Positions 46,926 through 59,920 are shown, counted from the first letter of the stretch. The stretch is 64,000 nt of DNA from Macrostomum lignano (GCA_002269645.1 NIVC01000323.1:248001-312000); one strand, 5' to 3'. Translations and numbers: made by a program. Notes: generated from the sequence alone by a model not told the origin.

Positions 46926-47360
46926 TTCACTGAAAAACGACACTAGCGACGACGCTTGGTTTAATCGAGCCACTCGAGCCAGCTGAAATCGGACGCTGGT
47001 TTCAGCGATTTTAGGCGGTCGCCAAGGTGCACAGATGGACTGACGAGGCGCTAAAGTATGCACTCATCTCTTAACTTTGGAAGGAAGGCGTTTTAAACAC
47101 TGGCTGCCAGAGGAGGTCTATCAAAAATCCTATGCAGATCTATGCTAGAAAAGGAAATTGAGACTGAAAATTGATCGCGCACCGATACGCGTTTCATCAC
47201 ATGAGACAGGAAGATGGAGAAGAGGTAGCAACTTTCTCCAGAAGACTCCGACTATTAGCGGAGCCGTGTGTGTTTACGGACCGGGAAAGATTTGCCTCCA
47301 ACTCATGGAGAAAAATCTTTTAACTCAAATTTTTATCTCTGAATTTTGCTTTAGGGTAAT

Positions 47361-47620
47361 GCTTCTCCAGTGTCGAGAATGAGGAGCACTTCGTCTGTGA
47401 CTGCCCAGCCTTTGCCCTTTACTCAGGGCAGGCTGACCTACCATGGGCACAATGTAATCCGGACCTCGCCGACGCTTTCAGTTCTGCCAGCTCGTAGCGC
47501 AACCAAAAGGCTACCGGGCGAGCGACCATCCACCTCCCGGACTCTACGAAGGGGCACCCAATTGGGACACCGGCACCACCGGATCTTCCTGCGCAGCACT
47601 AGCTGCCCGTGGTTTGCTAG
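47361..47620 (+). mobile_element. Decayed 3' end of a LINE (C-terminal zinc-finger region)
   Basis: ENEEHFVCDCPAF resembles [14 protein letters not shown] of the element at 4270; frameshifted. Confidence 0.3.
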
Positions 47621-47814
47621 GGCCAAGACACAGTCAACATGGTTTGACATTCACCTCATTTTCATTTCCACCAATGAAAATTTACCGAAAAGCAAGCACA
47701 CGGTTGGTCAGAAAAAGGATATATAATAGGCTTCATAGAAATTTTTATTTTAGAAGCGATCAGCATCGTCTCTCGTTTATTACTCTGAAAAAATCCAGCA
47801 GCCTACAAGCAAAA

Positions 47815-48552
47815 ATGAACAGGGTATCAAACATTGTAGCCTGGATGAGTCTTGTACTCGGCCTCACCGCCGCCAGCGAACAGGTGTACACCCTCATTGA
47901 CGGCAGCCTCTGCATCAACGATGAGTTTGTTGAGTCCTACCCGAACGAGGACAGCAAAATTGGGTGCGCTGCTCTGTGCTCCGAGAAGCTGCGCTGTCAG
48001 GCGTTCAGCCTGGCTGACGGTCCGTGCCAGCTGTTCGTGTTTGATAAGTGCAGCAAGTCGGTGAGGAGCTGCGGCTGCTCCAGGAGAGGCCGGGTGTTCG
48101 TCAAGCAGCGGCCGGGACTCGAGGCGGGCGCGCTGTGTCCGTCTGGCTACGGCATGGACCTGTGTGGAGTGAAGTACAGGCTGTACTCTGGCATCGGGAC
48201 GTGGTGGCCGAGCAGGCAGAAGTGCGAGTCAGAGAGCGGTCTGGTCATCATGGCCGACGTGACCAGCGCTGAGGAACTGAGCCACGTGGACTGGATTTTT
48301 ACCGACAATAGTAATTCGAGATTCTGGCTCGGAGGCCTCCAGCCAGAAGGCAGTGCGGAGCCGGCTGGCGGTTGGTACTGGGTCGGCTGCAACACCACCG
48401 TTGATCCAGCTTTTTGGCGCAGCGGAGAGCGAAACAACCACGGCGGCTTTGAACCCACGATAGCCAAGACAAACACCCAAGGCCTGACTGACGTCAGGGA
48501 AGATTCTTCGGCCAGCATTGCATTCTGCGAGTGTGCCTCTCCGTTCGACTGA
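47815..48552 (+). CDS. Secreted PAN/Apple + C-type lectin domain protein (about 245 aa, intronless)
   Basis: Signal MNRVSNIVAWMSLVLGLTAA; PAN-like GCAALC..CQAF..CQL; CTLD W..SRQKCE, FWLGG, GWYW, FW..GERNN, terminal FCEC. Confidence 0.88.
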   Translation: MNRVSNIVAWMSLVLGLTAASEQVYTLIDGSLCINDEFVESYPNEDSKIGCAALCSEKLRCQAFSLADGPCQLFVFDKCSKSVRSCGCSRRGRVFVKQRPGLEAGALCPSGYGMDLCGVKYRLYSGIGTWWPSRQKCESESGLVIMADVTSAEELSHVDWIFTDNSNSRFWLGGLQPEGSAEPAGGWYWVGCNTTVDPAFWRSGERNNHGGFEPTIAKTNTQGLTDVREDSSASIAFCECASPFD

Positions 48553-49055
48553 AACTCATCGGATTTTTAACAACATTAGTGAACAACCACTGAAGTCGAG
48601 GTTGAGCTTTAGCTACTCAGTGGACTTTCAACCAAGGACTGTCCTCGAAAACTTAAAAGTTTATCATATATGCCTGAATACTCCGTTGATCTCTACGTAG
48701 TTGATGAAACGATTTTTTTCTCTCTAAAATTTGTCGTGGCCTATATAGCCTTTCTCTCGATGGCAAACTGAAAATCGAATAGGTTTGTTGTTGCTGCTTT
48801 TGCTTTGAAATTAGTAATTTTAAGTTCCAACATTTTTTATCATATGCAAATTTTAATTAACCAAGACAGATGCTGACAGAACCGGACAAGTACTGTGTTC
48901 TGTGCAAGTGACTACTGCCTTTTAATTGATTCTGAGAAACTGCAGGCACCGCCGAGTAAGAGGAACCGGATAAACAGATTTAATCACAAAATTATATTTC
49001 TAAGCTGTCAAAGTGACCGTCAAGCCGTGTTTAAGCGTCCAGAATTAGTTATATA

Positions 49056-49988
49056 CTGGGTGCTGGGACTGGGTGCTGAGAACCGGCCTGCCCAACCTGG
49101 ATGACGGCTTCCTTTTGAGAAGACGCACGAGTCGGCGGCACCCGGAGAAGCGGCTCTCCGTTCTCGGCTACGCGGACGACCTCGCGCTACTTTCATCGAC
49201 GGCTGAAGGTGCCCAGCGGCTGCTTGATGGCCTGACGGCGGCAGCGTCGCGGGTCGGCCTTAAGCTGAACGCGCGGAAGACGGTAGTGTTCACGGTGCCC
49301 TCCGACTTGCCGGCCGAGATCAATTACCGAGACGCTGCCGGGAATGCATTTATGCTTACCCGCTGCGAGCGCTTTGTGTACCTCGGCGGTTCCGTGCCGG
49401 ACGTTGCCGACGACCTGAAGAGACGACGAGGACTGGCCTGGGCCGCATTTCGATCTGTGCGCTCCGTGCTCCAATCTGAGGCCCTGGACGACGGGCTCAA
49501 GGCTCGGCTGTTTCAGGCAGTCGTCGAGACTGTCCTGTTGTACAACGCCGAGACTTGGACCCTGACGGACGCCTTGGAGAGGCAGCTGGACGCTGCGCAT
49601 GCGGCCATGCTGCGTGCGGCTTTCGGAGTGCGCAGCGGCCCAGGCAGCGAGACCAATGCCGCGCTCTACACTAGGGCGCGCCTGACGCGGCCTTCTGACC
49701 TGCTGCGCGGGCGGCGACTTCGACTGGCTGGCCACGTCATCCAGTCGGAGGCCCGCTGTCCTGAGCCGCTACACGACGTGCTGCTGCTCAAGCTGCAGGG
49801 ACCGCGGAGGCGAGGCCAAGGGCGAACGGTGCGATACCCTGACCGACTTTTGAGTGACGCTGGCGCCCCGGACCAAGCAGAGGGATGCGACTTCCTGAGG
49901 GCAATGGCCCAGAGACGCGCTTTCTGACTGCTCCCCCCTTTCTGGCTACTGCGTGGCCGGCGGGAGCAGTACCTTGTTGTTGTTGTTG
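49056..49988 (+). mobile_element. 5'-truncated RTE-clade LINE (RT C-terminal half)
   Basis: DWVLRT..GYADDLAL..GLKLNARKT..FVYLGG..YNAETW..RRLRLAGH; (TTG)n tail; 10-bp TSD TAGTTATATA at 49046-49055 and 49989-49998. Confidence 0.93.
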
Positions 49989-51057
49989 TAGTTATATAAC
50001 TACATGTAATAATTCAAACATTCCGTCTGCTTACAGTACACAGATTTCCTAATGAAACCTGACGCAATGTATTCAGAAATTTATTCAGTAACGTCGCAAT
50101 GTTACAACGTGCTAGATATTACCTAGCTCGTAAATACATGCACTTTTTTTAAAGCACAAATACCGTGTATTCAATACAGTTTACATTGTTATGATTGTCG
50201 GAAGTCGTGAAGTCGGAATGAAAAATCCAGCTGTAGCTAGTTCATTAGACAACCTTCTACTTCGATTTTTAAGCAAACCCTCTCTTCATTAAACAAAACT
50301 GCAGTCAGTTTTTTATTTAAAATCTGTTTGACCTTCTTAAATATAGTTGACCTCAGTTTTAGTCTGACGCATAAACAGTTTGCATCAAAAGTTACTTGTA
50401 CTTGTTCTTTCGTAGTTTGGAGTTTTTATACAACGCCAAGCAACATCATGTATCAAAAATACTCGATGGATCATTTCTGAGAAGCGATCAGTGTGAAATT
50501 ACCGGTTTGCATTACCCCCAAATGGTTTCGCGGGTCAAAGATTCCTCAAATCAATGAATGAGTGCCATCTGATTTTTCAAAAACATATTGTGGTAAAGAA
50601 GTCGAACAACACATTACATTCGCACTAGACTGCGTTGCAACTTAGACTTGACTTCACCCTGTCGAAAATAAAAAAATCATTGAGGAATTGCTGGGACGTC
50701 AAGGCTCATGGGGAAATTTCTGAAATAGACTCACAGGGGTTGCCGATATAAGACGATCTCTTTCTTCTAGTGTTAGCCATCTTCTAGTTCTAACGGATTC
50801 TGCTGCATTTTTGAGACCTTACAACCGAGATCGCGGTTGGCTATATTCTTTCTTGTCTCAACTTTGTCGTTAACTTAAATATAAGTTAGGACTTAAGTAG
50901 TTATGAATTAAGTTCTTTGAAAGCGAGGAAGAAAGAAGTGTCCTGGGGGCTGAGCTCCCGTCTATTCTAAAAAATAACTCCAACTTCATCCCCTGCCATC
51001 GATGGGTGTGGTGTCGCGTGGTTAACGACGGCAAGTTTTACACAAACAGCAGATGCA

Positions 51058-51215
51058 GTAACAACAACAATAACAACAGAATACGCAGTTAGCTTCACTG
51101 TGTCACAGGGCGCGCTTCAAGGCCAGGTCGCGGATGAACACCACGCTGCCGGCCGAATCCGGGGCGCCGGCGTCAGCCAGCAGGCAGTCGACGCGCCCGC
51201 TGGCTCCTCCCCAGT
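51058..51215 (-). mobile_element. Short 3' fragment of an RTE-like element
   Basis: Minus strand GTCGACTGCCTGCTGGCTGACGCCGGCGCCCCGGA..AAGCGCGCCCTGTGA matches the 3' end of the 54371 copy; (TGT)n tail. Confidence 0.8.
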
Positions 51216-51639
51216 AGCGGCCCCGTGCCGAGCTGATTTAATATTCTTTGGCCGGCCGCTTCCGCTAGTCAGCCGCCTCGCCTTTGAGCTTCTTAACTTT
51301 GAAATTGATGGTTGCTGCTGTATATTTTTGCCTGCGTTGCTGCATTCCATTCTGGGCCCCTACTCGTTTGCTGTATTCCATTGTCTTGGCTGCCTCATTA
51401 GATACTGTATGCCGGCTTCAGTTTACCTCAGCCTTGCCTCTCTTCCTGCCCTTGTCTTTGCCTCATTTTAAGTCTACAAGCTGTTGATACCCGCGGATTT
51501 TGAACCATCTGAATTCTAATTCCCGTAACTGTTTTTGCAGGCAGTCTTGAATTTAATTTCATACTCAACCAAAAACTGCAATATCGCAACTCCCAAAACT
51601 CTGCAAGGTCTGCAAGAAGGTCACCCGCCGAGCTTATGC

Positions 51640-51940
51640 GAAGGCATGCGCTTCGTACCACGGCACTCATCGTGGTCATCGGAAGTCATTCAGAAGTCAT
51701 CGGACAAGAAGGCAAGACCATCGTGGACGTCCAATTGGATGAAGACAAAGTTGGGCGTTACCACCGAGAGCAGACCAGGCCAAGGTTCCCACATGAGAGA
51801 CCTCAGCAGGACATCACAGCTGATTCAGGCGAATCTGAGGTAACCGAACCTTGGAGAAGCAACCGCTTGAGAAAAGCTTCGGACAGACTAACCTACGATC
51901 GACCTGGTCACTCTAGCTAATGGGAAGCAGTGTTGGAATT
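51640..51940 (+). mobile_element. Possible LTR-retrotransposon remnant (pol C-terminus, PPT-like tract, LTR start)
   Basis: YHREQTRPR and RSNRLRKASDRL resemble Gypsy pol tails; GGGAAGCAG followed by TGTTG. Confidence 0.35.
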
Positions 51941-52607
51941 GAAGATAAATTTTTAGTTTTACTTGAAAGAGCCGTTAACGGCTGAGTGACTTATTTGCCT
52001 ATGGCAACATGTACAGTGTACTATTCGCGAGATTAAATATACTAGGGAATAATAAAAGATAGTTTGATGTGCTTTGAGCAGGGCACAAGGCCTCCTCTGT
52101 AAAAGTGGAGCATTAATCCTTTGGTCGTAAATTGATCAATCAAAAAGTTGTAATTGACATTTGATTGATGGAAATTCTCATGCGTTTTTAATTCCTTTAA
52201 AAACAAATGAAAACGTATGAATAATGGACAGTGAAGTGAATGCTTTATAAACATGTGACACCGAAGTAACCTGTCACCTAAATGGATGTTACTGAAGTGA
52301 TTGACACCGAAGTGCGCTTTGTAGATGATATTTTTGACATTGATAATATTTTAGCGCTGAAGGCAGGTAGTTCAGGTATTTAAGTTTTAAAATATCTATA
52401 CTCAGCAACATTCAAAAGTTCCACCCTCCAAGCGAGATGAAAATGTTCTCACTTATTGCGACAACTTCTCACTCTGCACAATCCAACCCTCAATTGTTAC
52501 GCAACTAAGCCGCGAGGAGAAGAAAGTTGATTAAATCAATAATAAACGTCAGTGGCACAAAATCATAACAATTTATTTTTTACAATATTAAGTTAGAATC
52601 TCGGTGC

Positions 52608-52925
52608 TTAATAACGCGTGTGGGATCTCAACGCACACAGAAGTGCAGCGAATCTGCGGGGCATCGCCAGGATGAGGCAGCGCAGAAAGTCCTGGGGAAG
52701 CTGCGGCCAAGCGTTTTCAGTGGCATTACGCAGCTCTGCAACATTTTGTGGTGGATTCTCTTTCCAAATGCTGCGTTTTCGAAAAGTCCCAGACATGCTC
52801 GATGGGATTCATGTCTGGGAACCGGGAAGACCAGCGCAGAGTGCGCAGCTGTAGCTGTTCTTTCAGTTGACTAACAGCATCGGCTTGGTGAGGCGGCGCG
52901 TTGTCACCCTGGACAACCCCCGAGT
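52608..52925 (-). pseudogene. Tc1/mariner transposase C-terminal remnant
   Basis: QGDNAPPH, WSSRFPDMNPIEHVW, then (frameshift) MPRRFAALL..HTRY*. Confidence 0.85.
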
Positions 52926-54019
52926 GGTAATAAGCTTCGCGCGTACCGTAAGTTGCGTCACTCGCAAAGTGAGCAAAATTCATCTCGTTTGGAGGGTGGA
53001 ACTTTTGCATGTTGCTGAGTATATACACAATACTCTCAGTCTAAATAGCTGGCAGTGGCAGTACGAGCTCGCATATTTACTTGTACGAATCAAAGCGGCT
53101 CAAATCGGAATCAAAACACTCAACAGATAAGAGAGCAAAGCAGCAAATTAAGCCAGCAAATTCCTGCCAGCAAGCTTCAGCTAGCGCAGCAGATTTCCTG
53201 CTGGCAAATCTCGTCCTCGCATTTAGCAGAGTAATTTTAATTACAATTAACGATAGGTTCTCCACTATGCAGCGTCCAAAACACCTGAAGGCACTGGGAA
53301 AACTTTTAGTCAGCCCCAACTGGATCGGTGTTAAATATCAGAGTTTGCAGTTGCCAAGATAAATGTTTGCATGTCGCACCAACCCGATGCCGGATGCCAA
53401 CTCTCATAACTAAAGCAGCTGCTACATGTACGAGTAGATCGCTTATTTGAGTTTTACATTATGCTCAAAATAAAGAGTCTAACCTGGGTTTGGGTAGGGA
53501 AAAACTGACTCCAACGGAATTTGCACAAGTTTATCTACAATTCTGTATAAAACTGCGTGGGTGTCAAATAACTGCAGTAACCAGATCAGGTTGCATTAAA
53601 TAAATTTGGAGTGTAGAAATTGACTAGCAGTGGAAAATAAAAAATTAATATTGGATACAATTTTTTCTCGGAAGTAAAATGGTCCGACCGGGCGTAGCTT
53701 GGTTGAGTGTTAAACCAGTGGGGCGTGGCTCATGTGCGTTGGTGCAGGGGGAGGTGGGCCGGGCCTTGGTCACGTGCGTTTCTTTATTTATAAACTTGGT
53801 GGCGTTATTTAGTGCGATGCGGGCTGTCGCTGACCCGCCAAGCGCGTATTGATTTTTTTATGACTAGTCCTGTGAAGTTTGCGTGCTTACGGCAAAAGCT
53901 TTTGCGGGGATTTGCGGGGATTTTTTTTCACACGTTTTTCAACGTAGAAAGGCGTATTATATCTTCTTGCTACAGCAATCAAACTAGCCATAGGATCTGC
54001 TTTGAGCTACCAAGAATGG

Positions 54020-55265
54020 GATTTTCATCTCTAATATCTCTAATCCTCCATGTTTACAGCCATACGCCGATAAGTCCGGAGGAACTGCCTCAGCAGTTTG
54101 CAGTCTTCAATGATCAACAAACATAGAATAATGATTTAGTATTTGTAAGATAAATAAAAGAAAAATACAGACCAAAGAAAATTTTAAAACTGTCTTCTTT
54201 CCAGATAACTAAAATCTTTCGAAAACGCGATCAAAATCAGTATAGGACTGTAAGTCCTATAGGACTAAATCGCTAATCTAGGTTTGCTCGTATGTAACGC
54301 TCTAGAGATTTAACCGATTGTTTGTATTCTCTAAAAAATTTTGGTGAAAACGCGATCAAAATTGGTCAATTCCGCGCTGTCAGCAGTTCGTCTACCTCGG
54401 CGGTCTGGTACCTGACGTCCGCGAAGATCTGCGGCGTCGCCGCGGGCTCGCTTGGGCTGCCTTTCGCTCTGTGAGGGCGGTCCTGCAGTCCGAGGCCCTA
54501 CCCGACCGCCAGAGGGCGGCGCTGTTCCAGGCGGTGGTCGAGACCGTTCTGTTGTAGTACAACGCCGAGACCTGGACGCTGACGGATTCGCTTGAACAGC
54601 AGGTCAACGCGGCGCACGCTGGCCTGCTGCGCGCCGCCTTCAACATCGGCGTCGAGCGAGTCAACAACGCGGCACTCTATCGCCGCGCCGGCCTGGCCCG
54701 TCCAAGTGAACTGCTGCGACTTCGGCGACTCCAGCTGGCAGGCCACATCATCCGCGCCGAGTCCTACTGCCCGCAGCCGGTGCAGGAGGTGCTGCTGCTG
54801 ACGCTGCAGGCACCCTACCGGCGCGGCCAGGCCCGAACTCGGCGTTTCGTCGACTGCCTGCTGGCCGACGCTGGCGCCCCGGACTCTGCTGGCGGTGCAG
54901 CCTTTGTTCGCAGCCAGGCTCTGAAGCGTGCCCTGTGACGCTGCTTTTTTCCACCTGACAGCGTAATTTGTTGCTTTGTTGTTGTTGCTTACATACAAAC
55001 AAACATAGGTAGGAGATTGAGTATAGGTAGATTGTCATTTTCATCTTTAATATCTCTAATCCTCCAAGTTTACAGCTATTATACGCCGATAAGTCTGGAG
55101 GAACTTCCTCTGCAGTGTGCAGTCTGCAATGATCAACAAACATCGATTAGATATTTAGTATCCGTAAGATATATAGAAGAAAAATACAGATCAAAGAAAT
55201 ATTAACTGTCTTCTTTCCAGATAATTAAGAATCTTCTGGCGAAAACGCGATCAAAATTGGTCTAT
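54020..55265 (+). repeat. Imperfect direct repeats of about 230 bp (54020-54240 and 55040-55265) flanking the RTE fragment
   Basis: Shared ATATCTCTAATCCTCCA..GATCAACAAACAT..CTTTCCAGATAA..GAAAACGCGATCAAAAT. Confidence 0.8.
54371..54987 (+). mobile_element. 5'-truncated RTE-clade LINE fragment with premature stop
   Basis: FVYLGG..RRGLAWAAF..VETVLL*YNAETW..RRLQLAGH; (TTG)n tail; related to but diverged from the 49056 copy. Confidence 0.9.
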
Positions 55266-55394
55266 TGGTTCTATTTCTAGAGCGTTACATACAAACAAAC
55301 ATAGATTAGATATTTAGTATATTTAGATATATAGGTAGAAGATAGAAGATAGAGATGGATAGACAGAATATAGAAAGAAGTGAGCTGTTGATTG

Positions 55395-55895
55395 GTCAAT
55401 CAGTGCAATCAATCAGTGCAATCAATCAGTGCAATCAATCAGTGCAATCAATCAGTGCAATCAATCAGTGCAATCAATCAGTGCAATCAATCAGTGCAAT
55501 CAATCAGTGCAATCAATCAGTGCAATCAATCAATGCAATCAATCAGTGCAATCAATCAGTGCAATCAATCAGTGCAATCAATCAATGCAATCAATCAGTG
55601 CAATCAATCAGTGCAATCAATCAGTGCAATCAATCAGTGCAATCAATCAGTGCAATCAATCAGTGCAATCAATCAGTGCAATCAATCAATGCAATCAATC
55701 AGTGCAATCAATCAGTGCAATCAATCAGTGCAATCAATCAGTGCAATCAATCAATGCAATCAATCAATGCAATCAATCAGTGCAATCAATCAGTGCAATC
55801 AATCAGTGCAATCAATCAGTGCAATCAATCAATGCAATCAATCAGTGCAATCAATCAGTGCAATCAATCAATCAGTGCAATCAATCAGTGCAATC
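55395..55895. repeat. 13-bp minisatellite (TCAATCAGTGCAA)
   Basis: Tandem units. Confidence 0.96.
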
Positions 55896-57494
55896 ATTAG
55901 AAATTTGAGAAGGGAAGAGGTGACGGTGAGCGCACAAAATACTGTAAGTAGACGCAGAGAAAGGGGGGGCAGCGCAGGAAACTAGTGCAGAAAGAGACAA
56001 AAAGAGGGGAGATAGGGAAAGTACACGAAGAATAGGGCGGAGCGCAGAGGAGATAGGGTAGAGGGGGAGGTACAGAGAGGGGTAGGGAGCTCCGGAAAGG
56101 CAAGTGTGGCGGCAGGGGAGACGGAGCCAAGGCAGCAGGGGGTGCAGCAGAGCGGGAGTCTCTAGGCCTGGTCGGAGACCTGGCCGAGTCTCGACAGCTC
56201 TGAGCAGGAGGTGCACGGCGATGAGCGGGACCCTTCGAAAATGTGTTCAAATCATGCTTGCATTGACAATGATTCAATTGCCCTCGAAACCATTCATTCA
56301 AGTCCTGCAGCTATTCTCTCACCTCTGTCTTTCCCTTTGTGTAAGAGCCCAGGAGTAATGCGTTTTACACCCCGTCAACCTTTTATAACGCTACAAATCA
56401 CTAATGCATACAAAAAGTCCCTATTCCTAATACCAATACAGTCACAGTCACAAAATTGTATTACATATAATATTATGCTTAATGACTTATAATTAATTGC
56501 TAAATTGTGCTCGTACAACTGACTGAACCACCTTAACTTAACAAAACTTTCTGCGAACAGATCGACTCAAACACAGCCTGCGAGGCTGTGGAAGATGGAA
56601 CCAAAAAGCTCGAACGAGAGTCACAAAAGCGCTCAGCTGCACACAGAGATCTGGATCACGATGTGAAACTTAAACTGTCGTTTGAAGAAACTCTCCGCTG
56701 TGCGAGTCCAGACGTTCAGGAGGAGCTGCTTGTAACTCTTGAGCTTTGCGAGGCCTGCTACCTGCTTGTCCAACTGGTTCAGAGACACAGGCGAGCCATT
56801 TGCGACCACCAGGGGCACGAGAGAGAAGGTTGAGCAGCTGATGCACGGGTCGGTGAGTCAGACTAGTCATTGCAATAGCTTTGCAACATCGCATAAAAAA
56901 GACCAAGGTGAGAGATTCAATTATTGAATATACATGTAAGTGATTGGTGATTCTCTTGCAGCAGTCACTGGCTGAAAGGAGCTTCGAAGGACAGCGCGAG
57001 CGTTGCCAGGTCCAGAAAGCACCGATAAGGACCAGCTGGACCGGGGAAGAGACCCACCCGTAAGGTTCAGCCTCGTTGCCCTGTTCATCTGCCTTTGCGG
57101 CCTGTCGCCCCTGGTCTTCTTAGGGCAGAAGTCCCGGCGCTACGGATTTGCCTTTGGCAAGGAGTGCCTGGTGGCAGCCGTTTGCAAGCATCTCGCTCGC
57201 CGCGTCAGAAGAAGCGTTCTGGGTCGCTACTCGTCTGCTAGAAGGATTTTGATTGGCAATTGCGTTTTGCTTCTCTTCTTTGGAACATATGTGCTCATCT
57301 GTTCGGTTAGCTACTCATATCACATATCATGTGATCACCCCGAGTCAGGCAGCGGCAGCGGCGGCTTCTGACCTTCCCTGTGCTTTTTTCTAACTGGCGT
57401 CAGAGCGGAAATAAAATTTCTAAGAAACACCGCGGCTGCGCACCTGCGGCGCTCGCGGCTCCTCTGGGGAGCGAGTTTGGAGATAAAATGCTTT

Positions 57495-57508
57495 GTTGCC
57501 ATGGCAAC
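57495..57508. promoter_or_regulatory. Canonical RFX X-box palindrome GTTGCCATGGCAAC
   Basis: Perfect 14-bp match; function not shown. Confidence 0.45.
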
Positions 57509-57534
57509 CTTCGGCTTTGTTACCTGCTTTTGAA

Positions 57535-58600
57535 GTGACTGTAAGTTGAGGCCAGATTGGTGACTCACTCATTAGTGACTGTGAGCTGAGGCCAGATTGG
57601 TGACTCACTCATTGGTGACTGTGAGCTGAGGCCAGATTGGTGACTCACTCATTGGTGACTGTGAGCTGAGGCCACATTGGTGACTCACTCATTGGTGACT
57701 GTGAGCTGAGGCCAGATTGGTTACTCACTCACTGGTGACTGTGAGCTGAGACCACATTGGTGACTCACTCATTGGTGACTGTGAGCTGAGGCCAGCCAGA
57801 TTGGTGACTCACTCATTGGTGACTGTGAGCTGAGGCCACATTGGTGACTCACTCATTGGGGACTGTGAGCTGAGGCCAGATTGGTGACTCACTCATTGGT
57901 GACTGTGAGCTGAGGCCACATTGGTGACTCACTCATTGGGGACTGTGAGCTGAGGCCACATTGGTTACTCACTCATTGGGGACTGTGAGCTGAGGCCAGA
58001 TTGGTGACTCACTCATTGATGACTGTGAGCTGAGGCCGGATTGGTGACTCACTCATTGATGACTGTGAGCTGAGACCACATTGGTGACTCACTCATTGGT
58101 GACTGTGAGCTGAGGCCAGCCAGATTGGTGACTCGCTCATTGGTGACTGTGAGCTGAGGCCAGCCAGATTGGTGACTCACTCATTGGTGACTGTGAGCTG
58201 AGGCCACATTGGTGACTCACTCATTGGTGACTGTGAGCTGAGGCCAGCCAGATTGGTGACTCACTCATTGGTGACTGTGAGCTGAGGCCAGATTGGTGTC
58301 TCACTCATTGGGGACTGTGAGCTGAGGACAGATTGGTGACTCACTCATTGGTGACTGTGAGCTGAGGCCAGATTGGTGTCTCACTCATTGGGGACTGTGA
58401 GCTGAGGACAGATTGGTGACTCACTCATTGGTGACTGTAAGCTGAGGCCACATTGGTGACTCACTCATTGGTGACTGTGAGCTGAGGCCAGATTGGTGAC
58501 TCACTCATTGGTGACTGTGAGCTGAGGCCACATTGGTGACTCACTCATTGGTGACTGTGAGCTGAGGCCAGATTGGTGACTCACTCATTTGTGACTGTGA
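57535..58600. repeat. 40-bp minisatellite (GTGACTGTGAGCTGAGGCCAGATTGGTGACTCACTCATTG)
   Basis: About 26 tandem units. Confidence 0.97.
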
Positions 58601-59189
58601 ACAACTCAAACAGCTCGCGCAAAAGCCAGAGAAGCTGACAAAATTACGAATTCAACTTAAGCTGCTGCATCAAGTCTCTCCAGCATCTCCCTGACCAAGC
58701 CGACCTTTAAATTTTCAAGTTTCATGCAGAAAACTGCTACTGTACATTTGGCTTATATATTTCATTAAAAGCATTGGCAATTGGGTATTGAAGTCCGCAG
58801 AACAAAATCGCAGAGAAAAGCCCGCATCAAAGCAGACACGCAGCTTGAACCGAAAAAGCAATTCAGCATGCAGTGTGAATTTAATTGCAGCACAAATGTA
58901 CAAAATTGCAATTCACAGCAGGAAGGCTGCTGGAACTCGATGGCTCTCGATGTGCTCATTTCCTAAAAGTGCAACTGAGTCAGCCACAATGGAAGATCTA
59001 TGCACAATAACCCAAGAGCATGTACAAAACTTATGAATCAAATAAATACAACGGTAAGGAAAACAGGAAAACAGAACGCTAAAAGTACTAAGTAACTGGG
59101 TCTAAAATTCCGGTCCAGCAAAACTTATAAATCTGAGCAAGTCACCTGACAAGTCTTGTTTTCTCGAAGTCCTAAAGTGCAGTAAACAT

Positions 59190-59690
59190 GTTTAACATGG
59201 CTCGTTTGCCCGTGTTTACGGGAGGAATCACTTCGGGGCCGTTGCCTTCTCTAAGGTAATAGGTGACTCTTGTTTCTAAAAATAGATACTGAGTCATGCG
59301 GCCCTCTGCACTTTACCCGCAGACCCTGCCTTCTCTAAGGCGGAGGGTGACGTCAGTTCTAAAAATAGAACAGAGTCACGAGGTCTGGCACACACTGGCG
59401 CAGCGGGGATTTCCTACCTATAAATTCGTGCCCCTCACCCTTGGTTCAGTCAAAGATTCGGAGTCTTCTTGATCTTCTTTAGTCTAGTTTTCCAGACTTA
59501 GTTCAGTTTCCCATTTAGCTATCTGTAATTGGCCTGACTAAACTTAGACGCCCAAGCCTAAAGGAGGCTAGCACTGTCTTCCCAACCACCCCCTGAGCCC
59601 GGTGGGATCTGCTGACCACCAGGACGCCTTGTTCATTAATCTGCAAATCTGCACGCTGTGCTGAGTTCGTTGACTTATTTATTTCGTTTC
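59190..59690 (+). mobile_element. Possible solo-LTR-like sequence
   Basis: Internal duplicated block (CCTTCTCTAAGG..GGTGAC..TTCTAAAAATAGA) followed by TATAAAT at 59419; termini not defined. Confidence 0.25.
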
Positions 59691-59920
59691 GACGGGAAGC
59701 TCACCTCATCAAAGGCCGAGACCTAAAAAACTGGTGGCAGCACTACCTACGCTACTAAGAGCTAATAGAAGGCTTTCGGTTAAAGCCGGTTAGCCCAAAT
59801 CACTGTGCTAGACAGCAGGAGAAGCACAGGTACAACATTGGAGGCAGCGGTGGGATTTGAAGACCTACTAGACCACCCCAGGAAAACCAAAAGTACTTCA
59901 AGAGCAACGAAGTCTTCAGA

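Noticed and set aside
56570-57370. Gene suggested by a gtgagt..ttgcag intron-like segment
   Set aside because: Frames are interrupted on both strands and no homology was recognisable; left unresolved
57535-58600. CRISPR-like regular arrays (this one, also 21020-21795 and 41695-42165)
   Set aside because: Head-to-tail units with no unique spacers, no cas genes, eukaryotic context
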